Shown piece by piece: positions 34,958-42,321 of a DNA stretch of 42,321 nucleotides. Numbering within the stretch: the stretch's first letter is position 1; each line of letters opens with the position of its first letter. A program made the translations under genes and the position numbers. A model generated the notes under the pieces. That model searched no databases and was not told where the DNA came from. It was given only the letters and a program-made list of their open reading frames with translations. The stretch is from Neophaeotheca triangularis (taxonomy: Eukaryota): positions 124,001-166,321 of the forward strand of contig BAAIJX010000048.1 in the NCBI GenBank assembly GCA_054600435.1. Reading direction: 5' to 3'.

Positions 34958-35149
34958 ACAGGTTCCTGGGACGCTGCTTTGAGCATAAAGGGCCGAACAG
35001 GTAGCAAAGGTGGTGCATCAGCAGGGTTCTGAGCGGGAAGCCGTCAAGGAGAATGCTCAACGCAGGTCGAAAGAGCCAATTCTCTGCTTGCAAAGCTTGA
35101 GCTACTTAACGTAGCCCTTCGATAGGAACAGAACTAGCGGAATCTTCGT

Positions 35150-35830
35150 CTATTGCAGGCTCCCTAGCCCGTTCACTGACGATTCCTCTTCGAACCACTG
35201 ACGAAAAAGCACCAGCCTCTCCGTCCTTCGCTTCGCCATACACCTACCCGTCTTCGTCTTCATCATTCCCTCAAGTTTCTCGAGCTTGTCGGTGAAATGC
35301 TCAATGGTATTATCCAGGCCAGTGTGTGGCCGACAAGCGCCTCCATAGGTGAAGGTGCGAGCAATACCAACGGCACCAATAGCGTCGAGCCTGTCGGCAT
35401 CTTGGACAATGTCTAGCTCCGGATGCTGCTTTCTGACAATCTGCACGGCCTCGGGGTGTTTGACCTCGTTGCTGTAGGATACGTGCTGAACAATGGCCAC
35501 GACCTTTGTGAGTAAATCTGCCGGGCAACCGTTGCGTTGGAGAAATTCGGTGACGAGATTCTCGGCATCTTCATCTGGCTTTGCGTACTTCTTGTCGCCA
35601 ATGTCATGCATCAGCGCTGCCAGCATCACAGCACGCTCATCGTAAGTAGTTGATCTGCCTTGGGTTGAGGAGCTGCTGTCGGCAGCTTGATTCGACTCTT
35701 CAGCAAGAATATGGAGGGCAAGCTTTTCCACACGCTTTATGTGCTCAAAGTCGTGCGAGCCGTCATATCGGGCCATGTACACTCTCACATACTCCCTCGC
35801 CGCGTGAGAAAGGGCACAAAAAGAGGCCAT
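35150..35830 (-). CDS. HD-domain metal-dependent phosphohydrolase (YpgQ/YedJ-like)
   Basis: SHDFEHIKRV, LMHDIGDKKY, VQDADRLDAIGAVGIARTFTYGG and HFTDKLEKLEGMMKTKTG. The first in-frame ATG is at 35830. Confidence 0.9.
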   Translation of the reverse strand: MASFCALSHAAREYVRVYMARYDGSHDFEHIKRVEKLALHILAEESNQAADSSSSTQGRSTTYDERAVMLAALMHDIGDKKYAKPDEDAENLVTEFLQRNGCPADLLTKVVAIVQHVSYSNEVKHPEAVQIVRKQHPELDIVQDADRLDAIGAVGIARTFTYGGACRPHTGLDNTIEHFTDKLEKLEGMMKTKTGRCMAKRRTERLVLFRQWFEEESSVNGLGSLQ

Positions 35831-36000
35831 GGATTCGGAAAAAATTTGGATGACAGTGTTGACCCTCAAAAACCCAATGGACGGCAACTCCAGAAATCAG
35901 GCTACCGTCTGTCCAAGACGCAGGGAGCGAGTGAGTGTTTACTATGTGAGAATTGAGGTGATGTAGTCTCGAGTCCGTGTACTGCCATAGATCCTTGGAT

Positions 36001-36103
36001 GGAGCTCGCTATATGCCAAGCTTTGACGCCAGTCGGCAACAGCCGCACCTTGCAGCTTGCGAGGCGGCGATTGATGAGCATCAAAGTGTCGACGTTTGGA
36101 GCT
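36001..36103 (+). promoter_or_regulatory. Two GGAGCT motifs upstream of RPN8 (candidate Rpn4-type proteasome control elements)
   Basis: GGAGCT at 36001-36006 and 36098-36103 in the 428-bp divergent intergenic region. From memory, GGAGCT has been reported as enriched upstream of proteasome genes in filamentous ascomycetes. Confidence 0.4.
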
Positions 36104-36258
36104 TCACATCACCTTCCAACCATCTACACTTGTTAACCTTGCCTTCTCGATCCGACCCCTTCGGCCACATAAACCCCATCCAGCGAACCACGTACCATCC
36201 ATCCTCCTCGAGTTGAGCAGCCTTAGAACTCGCCTCTACAACCAACGCCCGCCTCAAT

Positions 36259-37509
36259 ATGCCGGCGACAACAGCGGAAACGCTGAGCATCGTCAACCGA
36301 ACCGTCTCCGTAGCGCCACTCGTTCTCCTCTCAGCAGCAGATCATTACGGTCGCTCAGCAAAAGGCACAAGAAAGCGTGTAGTTGGTGTGCTCCTGGGTC
36401 AGAACGATGGCAAGAGCGTACGAGTGTCGAACAGCTTCGCGGGTAAGTCGGAACACACGGCCAGCAGTAGTAGCAGCAGGGAGACGGGATGCTGATGGAT
36501 CCTTTACAGTACCTTTCGAGGAAGATGAAAAGGACCCATCCGTATGGTTCCTCGACCACAACTACATTGAGGGCATGAACGACATGTTCAAGAAGGTCAA
36601 CGCGCGGGAGAAGCTCATAGGGTGGTACCACTCTGGACCGAAACTGAGGGCGAGCGATCTGGAGATCAACGAGCTGTTCAAGAGATATTGCCCAAACCCG
36701 CTACTGGTCATCGTGGACGTGCAACCGAAGGATGTGGGCGTGCCGACGGATGCGTACTTCGCGGTGGAGGAGATCAAGGATGTGAGTGGATGCAAAGAGG
36801 ACAAACAAAAGATCAAGGGACAACGGCGTGCTAACATCAATACCAGGATGGCACCACAACCTCCAAGACCTTCGTTCACACACCTTCAACCATCGAAGCT
36901 GAGGAGGCAGAAGAGATCGGCGTCGAGCATCTCCTACGCGACATCCGTGACGTTGCGCTCGGCAGCCTCTCTACTCGCATCACATCGCAACTCCAATCTT
37001 TACAAGGCCTGCACTTGCGCCTCCAGGACATCGGCAAGTACTTGCAAAAGGTACTCGACGGTGATCTCCCTGTCAATCACGCCATCCTCGGCAACCTGCA
37101 AGATGTATTCAACCTGCTGCCCAATCTCTCTACACCAAAGGCGACCACCACAGACCTACCGACGCTGAACAGCCAAGTAAACACCGGCTTGGGCGTCAGC
37201 GGAGGCATGGCGGAAAACACAGAGCTCGCGCGCGCGATGTCGGTTAAGACAAATGATCAGCTGCTGTCCATCTACCTCAGCAGTCTGATCAGGGCGATAA
37301 CAGCTTTCCACGACTTGATCGAGAACAAGGTGCAGAATAAGCGCACGCAGGAGGACGAGGATGCGAAAGAGGAGGAGCAGCGGAAAGACGAGCAGGTGAA
37401 GAAAGAGGAGAAGCTCATGGTCAACGGGACTAGTGAGAAGGCCGATAAGGAGTCGAAGGAGGGCGAGAGCAAAGACGAGAGCAAGGAGAAGGGGAAGAAG
37501 AAGGGTTGA
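36259..37509 (+). CDS. RPN8: 26S proteasome regulatory lid subunit Rpn8 (MPN domain), 3 exons
   Basis: Introns at 36443-36509 and 36782-36846. Motifs [73 protein letters not shown] and KTNDQL, plus a KEKE-like tail. Confidence 0.97.
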
Positions 37510-38185
37510 AGAGTGAAGAAAGGGGGGCAGGCCTAGAAGACGGTATTAAAGCTTCGTGGCAAAGGCGGAGCAGCACCGACGAAAGCGTCTACATATGAGC
37601 TACGCACGACAGACTGCTTGCACGGTGACTAGATGGCAGCAGTTCCGGCGGCAAGTAGGCGGTGTAATTGTACTTGACCATATTTGATGTAACGCATCAA
37701 GTTGGCCTGGCTAAGAATACGATGCTCACCAATCTCTTTGGTACCACTTGAAGCACAGATAGTAACTTGTACAGTTGGGTTTCTTCTCGGCGACGTCTTT
37801 GCTACCGTACCAACACTTAATTTACCTCCCGGTGAAGGAATAAAGCTAAACCTTGCTCATGAGACCACCAGATGTGTCGTGTTTCCAGCGGCTGGCACCG
37901 CCAGAATAATTCGTCCGCGAACTAGCGCCAGTCGATGTCACCCAATAAGATCATTGCCTGCTACAGCTTTATCGATACGCAGCTCAAACATCCAATTGTT
38001 TGGAAGCTCGTTGAAGCTCAAGAACAAACATCCCCTCCTTATGACCGCGCGGTTTCAAGAGGCGGACGGCTACCCAACAAGCACTCCGTCTTCGCTCGCT
38101 GATTGATTGCGAAGAAATGCCATATCAAGCGTGACTATTACACGACTCCATACCGGCAAACCTACGGGCCTTCCGCTCTAGCAAA

Positions 38186-41100
38186 ATGGACGAAGTCGAG
38201 AACCCAGCGCTACCACCCGCCGACGGTGCGAGCCCTACAATTCCCACGGCGGGTGAGGAAGCAGGTGATCCTTCGGTCGAGCTCTTGGAAGCCGATCAAC
38301 CACCTCTCGACGTTGTAGAAGCAGAAGGCATTCTAGCTCCAACTCCCGCAGACAGCTCTGAACCCAGCACCGCTCTCAACTCCGATACCGAAAACAACGA
38401 GCCCCCGGCGAACCCCTCGACGGCCCTTCAAGACCCCCCGGCACCACCACCTCAACTTCCCGAGCAGGCTCCCGAGCTTAACCAGGAGGCACCCGACAGC
38501 CTTACCTTGGCAGACCTCCGCCGTTTGCGCGCGACCTTCCCGGAGTCGAAGCTACCACCTACCAAACAGCTTCTTGATTTCGGCCAAATTTACGATTTCG
38601 AGTACCAAGATGCACAGTCTTTTCCCGTGGAGCTCGAGGAGTGGTTCACGTACAGCGAGGATGAGGAGGTCAAGCTGAGGCGGTGTAATCAGTCTTTCAA
38701 TGACGACTGGAGGGCGACTGAAATGGGGAGATCGCGGGACTGGACTGACGCTACTGAGGAGGAAAGGAGGAAGTTTATTGGGGAGTGTTTGGGGAAATTG
38801 AGACCGCTGGGTGGGGGTGATGAGAAGGTCGCGGAGCTGGCGTTGTTGAATTTGACATACATTGCGCTGGGGGCTTGGGAAGAGACGGCTGGAAAGGCAG
38901 GCGCTGTTGAGTTGAAGGAGATGTTTCTTGGTGGGATGGAAGGTGGAGGGCGGTTGGGTGAATTTGAAGCCAGTAGTTTGCAGCTGCAGTGGACCGTGGC
39001 CATGGTGGACTCTATCCGCGCTTGCAATGGGCTCGAGAAGCTCTTCGAGCTATTGCAGAGGGTCTTTGAGGAGGAAACAGCTTTTGTTACTCCCGAACCG
39101 CCGCCTGGACCAGATGGGCAGCAGAGGAAAGAGGATGAAAGTGTCACGCTCTGGTGCCTTCTTACGCTATTTTACATCTTCATCGAAACCGCGCGAACGG
39201 CGACAGGAGAAAGTGGAGAGGCTTTGAGGACTGAATTGCTGGCTCTGGAGCCAGGCATCTTGAAATGCTTCACTAGAATGGTTGCAGATCTCAGATGGGA
39301 CGAATGGGCCCCAGTGCCAGTCACGAAGATGCTGCTCCTGGCATGGAAGACGGTTTTGCTCGCGCTCGGCGGCATCAAAGATGTGGAAAATGTCAAAGCT
39401 TCCCTGCGGAAGGAAGACGAGGAAAAAGACAAGCATGGCCAGCCCATCATTACGGCCTCACCGCTCGATTACAACCTTTTCCGACAGGAGATTAGCTCCA
39501 AGTATCCCGCGTACCAGCCGCCTGCTCCTATCTTTCCCATTGAGCCGGAAAACAACAGCATCTTGCCACCTCTCAAACACCGTCGACCTAGCTATGCGTC
39601 CTCAGACTCCGCTGCAAACAGTGCACCGTCCAATTCGACACAATCCATTCTGCATCAGCCGGTACACATCGCTACTCCGGCACCGTCGCCGCCTCCATCG
39701 CCAGCTGGACCGGGCAAGGCCGGTAAGAAGCAGAACTACCAGACCAACCAGATGTTCCCGTTCCTGTATCCACCTTTAGACTCCTCGAGCAACGATTTGG
39801 GTGGTAAAGGGAGCACGGAACTCCAAGATGCGCTTGTGGGTAGGAAGTGGACAGGCTCAGACATTCCAGCCAGCATACTCGAAGCTGCGGAGCTTTTTGC
39901 GAAACGCATGCGCGCAACCAGGGCGATGAAACAACTTTGGGAGGCGAGAGTCGAGTACATGAAATTTGAACGAGGATGGAAAGGAGCTATTGAAGACGAG
40001 AATGCCGATGTCGATGAAGGCGAAGATGACTTTGAGCTCGTGTCGAAACCACGACCCGAAGAGACTGCTGAGCAAGGCGAGCCAATTGGCCAGACACCAG
40101 AGGAGAAGAAGTTGGCTACTGTCAACGCCTTCTATCGGGACTCTCTACCTTACCTACAGTCGCTGGTCATAGTCCTGCTGAGGCAGGTCTTGCACAATGT
40201 TAGCGATTTAGTAAACAGAACCACTGGTCAAAACGGATTGCAAGCCCCGATCAATTCTAACGACGGACCAAACGGCATGGCCAACGGCTCCACGAAACCG
40301 GTAGAGAATGGCCACACAAACGGAGAGCCGATGGAGCACACTGCCGAAGAGCTCGACAAGCTTCGCTCGCAGGAAATCGCGGGTAAAGCCGTATCAGCGA
40401 CCTTGATTCTACTCCTGAAATGGTTCAAAGTCAGCCACATCCTGCAATACGAATATCTCACGCAACTACTCCTGGACTCCAACTACGTCCCCCTCGTGCT
40501 CAAAACATGGCAATCGCAAGAAATCGGCCGCGCATGTCACTACAGGACCGAACGCGAAGAATTGAACTTCTTCCGCTTCTGCCAAACCAACTCCCGCCAA
40601 GGCCCACCGCAACCACGTCAAAACCCCGCCTCCACCACCGTCCCCCAACCACCGCAACCCGAATCTCCCGACTCCGCCGCACCCCCACCCATCAAACTCT
40701 CCCGCGACTCTCCGCCAGGCTCCCCCCAGTCCCCCTCCGACCCCTTCTCCCAACCCCCAGAGGTCGACGAACTCGGCTACCCACTCAAACCCCCACCCTC
40801 GACCCCACTTACAACCTACTCCCACCGCAACATCTTCACAAGCATAAACTACCTCCGCGTCCTCCAAAAACTCACTCGCCGCAAAACCCACCGCACCCTC
40901 CTGCTGGTATCGTACAAAAGCAGCCAACACCTCAAGAAAACGCTGCGAGTCCCCGTCAATCTCCTCCGCTACTACACGCTCAAACTCTACAAATCCCAAG
41001 TCCCGTTTTGCGGGCGCAAATGGCGGCAATCGAACATGAAAATCATCACGGCCGTCTGGCTGTCGGTTCCGGCCGAGTTGCGGGACGATTGGCTCAGTGG

Positions 41101-41452
41101 CGGGGGCGGCGGGATGGGTGGCCAGGGGACGGGAGACGTCGACGGGACTGTCGAGGACGCTTTGGGCCTGGAACAGGGGATTCGGAGTTTGGCTTTTTGG
41201 TACAATGTTCGGAATTTCGGGCGCGAGATGGGGGTCAAGAGGGACGAGGTTGAGGCTGAGGGGGAGGGGTTTTTTGCTAGGGAGTTGGAGAGGATGGGCG
41301 TGCTGGATCAGGTTGCTGTGCTTAGGGAGGAGTTGGCCGAGGGGGATGTTAGGGAGAGGGGGATGGGGCTGGGGGGGAGACCGAGCGGGGCGGAGGTTGT
41401 CGGGGAGGAAGGATGGGGGGTTGGTGGGGTCGGGGGTGGGGAGGGATATTGA
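38186..41452 (+). CDS. FAR11: STRIPAK subunit Far11/HAM-2/PRO22 (STRIP1/2 homolog)
   Basis: Intronless 1088-aa ORF with ELEEWFTY, PIITASPLDYNLFRQEISSKYPAY, KKQNYQTNQMFPFLYPP, LLLKWFKVSHILQYEYLTQLLLDSNY and YYTLKLYKSQVPFCGRKWRQSNMKIITAV. Confidence 0.94.
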   Translation: MDEVENPALPPADGASPTIPTAGEEAGDPSVELLEADQPPLDVVEAEGILAPTPADSSEPSTALNSDTENNEPPANPSTALQDPPAPPPQLPEQAPELNQEAPDSLTLADLRRLRATFPESKLPPTKQLLDFGQIYDFEYQDAQSFPVELEEWFTYSEDEEVKLRRCNQSFNDDWRATEMGRSRDWTDATEEERRKFIGECLGKLRPLGGGDEKVAELALLNLTYIALGAWEETAGKAGAVELKEMFLGGMEGGGRLGEFEASSLQLQWTVAMVDSIRACNGLEKLFELLQRVFEEETAFVTPEPPPGPDGQQRKEDESVTLWCLLTLFYIFIETARTATGESGEALRTELLALEPGILKCFTRMVADLRWDEWAPVPVTKMLLLAWKTVLLALGGIKDVENVKASLRKEDEEKDKHGQPIITASPLDYNLFRQEISSKYPAYQPPAPIFPIEPENNSILPPLKHRRPSYASSDSAANSAPSNSTQSILHQPVHIATPAPSPPPSPAGPGKAGKKQNYQTNQMFPFLYPPLDSSSNDLGGKGSTELQDALVGRKWTGSDIPASILEAAELFAKRMRATRAMKQLWEARVEYMKFERGWKGAIEDENADVDEGEDDFELVSKPRPEETAEQGEPIGQTPEEKKLATVNAFYRDSLPYLQSLVIVLLRQVLHNVSDLVNRTTGQNGLQAPINSNDGPNGMANGSTKPVENGHTNGEPMEHTAEELDKLRSQEIAGKAVSATLILLLKWFKVSHILQYEYLTQLLLDSNYVPLVLKTWQSQEIGRACHYRTEREELNFFRFCQTNSRQGPPQPRQNPASTTVPQPPQPESPDSAAPPPIKLSRDSPPGSPQSPSDPFSQPPEVDELGYPLKPPPSTPLTTYSHRNIFTSINYLRVLQKLTRRKTHRTLLLVSYKSSQHLKKTLRVPVNLLRYYTLKLYKSQVPFCGRKWRQSNMKIITAVWLSVPAELRDDWLSGGGGGMGGQGTGDVDGTVEDALGLEQGIRSLAFWYNVRNFGREMGVKRDEVEAEGEGFFARELERMGVLDQVAVLREELAEGDVRERGMGLGGRPSGAEVVGEEGWGVGGVGGGEGY

Positions 41453-42213
41453 GTTGTTGGGAGGATTTTTGAGGGTGGCGGAGGAGGTTTGCTTTTCGTC
41501 GTGCATTGTACTATATACCCGTTCCATCACTTTTCCATCCCTATAGAGAGTTCTCGTAGTCGTTGTCCGAACACGATGCAGTAACTGCGACTACCTAGAA
41601 GAGAGGTACATAAAGACCTAGCGCAGTGACCCCCAGCGCCCGCCCCACGCCCTACTAGAATGCAAGCAAACTAGACCTTCCCCCCTCCCCCAACGTACAA
41701 GCGCCTCCATTCATCACATCCCCCGTCCTGCGACCGAACAAGAGACCTTTCCCTGCACCGGGAGCGAGCACCCAAAACCCCCCCGGTCCGTCAAAAACTC
41801 GTCGTTTTTGCCAAGGCAAACGGAAGAGCTACTACTCGGACCTCTGCACATCGTACAGAGGGTACAGCACCCAGGGCTCGCTCCCGCGAACCGAGAACCC
41901 CGGACGGAAACGAAATGGATACGGCGGTCTGTCATCGAGAAGGGCGAGGAGTTGCACCGGGATTTCAGCCGGTTGCGGACGCTGGCGACTGAAAGGCCCC
42001 CCCCCCGTATGTGGGAGGTGGTGCCAGTGGGATGGGAGGTTCTGATGTTTGTTAAGCTATGTGCGGGTGCGACCCTGCATACCTTGCCTTTCATCCCGTC
42101 GTCGGTTCTGCTTTTGACCGCTCGCGAGCAAGCGTGGGATGGGGGGGATTTTCGCTGGAGGATGTGTCGGTTGTACTGTACTTATCTATGGTAGTCTGAG
42201 GAAATCTTGAACC

Positions 42214-42234
42214 GGGGGGGGGGGGGGGGGGGGG
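42214..42234 (+). repeat. Poly-G homopolymer (21 nt)
   Basis: Read directly from the sequence. Shorter poly-C runs are at 3135-3147 (intron) and 28310-28320. Confidence 0.9.
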
Positions 42235-42321
42235 AGAGGGGGAGAAGGCGGGGAAAAAAGACGACAAGTGGTGAAAGACCAGGTGGTACACATGGGGGGA
42301 AAATTTTATTTTGGAAGAAAA

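Noticed and set aside
1030..41452. Secondary-metabolite or other co-functional gene cluster
   Set aside because: No PKS, NRPS, terpene synthase or cluster transcription factor is present. The genes are unrelated housekeeping and secreted functions.

Overview
Eukaryotic DNA from a filamentous ascomycete. Short GT-AG introns with CTRAC/CTRAT branch sites support this; a Dothideomycete origin is an inference only. The window holds about 14 supportable protein-coding genes: two MFS sugar porters, a conserved small hypothetical protein, a CDF metal transporter, PMT2, a 1.76-kaa GHKL-ATPase/DUF3684-type protein with a C-terminal HExxH motif, a secreted M43 metalloprotease, CDC50/LEM3, a 3-exon small gene resembling inhibitor I9, a BTB protein, an expansin-like protein, an HD hydrolase, RPN8 and FAR11/HAM-2. 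A ~7 kb gene-poor interval (about 27.0-34.1 kb) carries one candidate orphan ORF and a degenerate repeat array. The most striking observation is the minus-strand sugar porter. It has a ~155-codon in-frame N-terminal extension with no AUG in any frame for 776 nt and an AUU codon in strong Kozak-like context, which suggests non-AUG initiation and two isoforms. No rRNA, tRNA, CRISPR array or intact transposon was recognised. All family calls come from motif recognition by eye, not from database searches.
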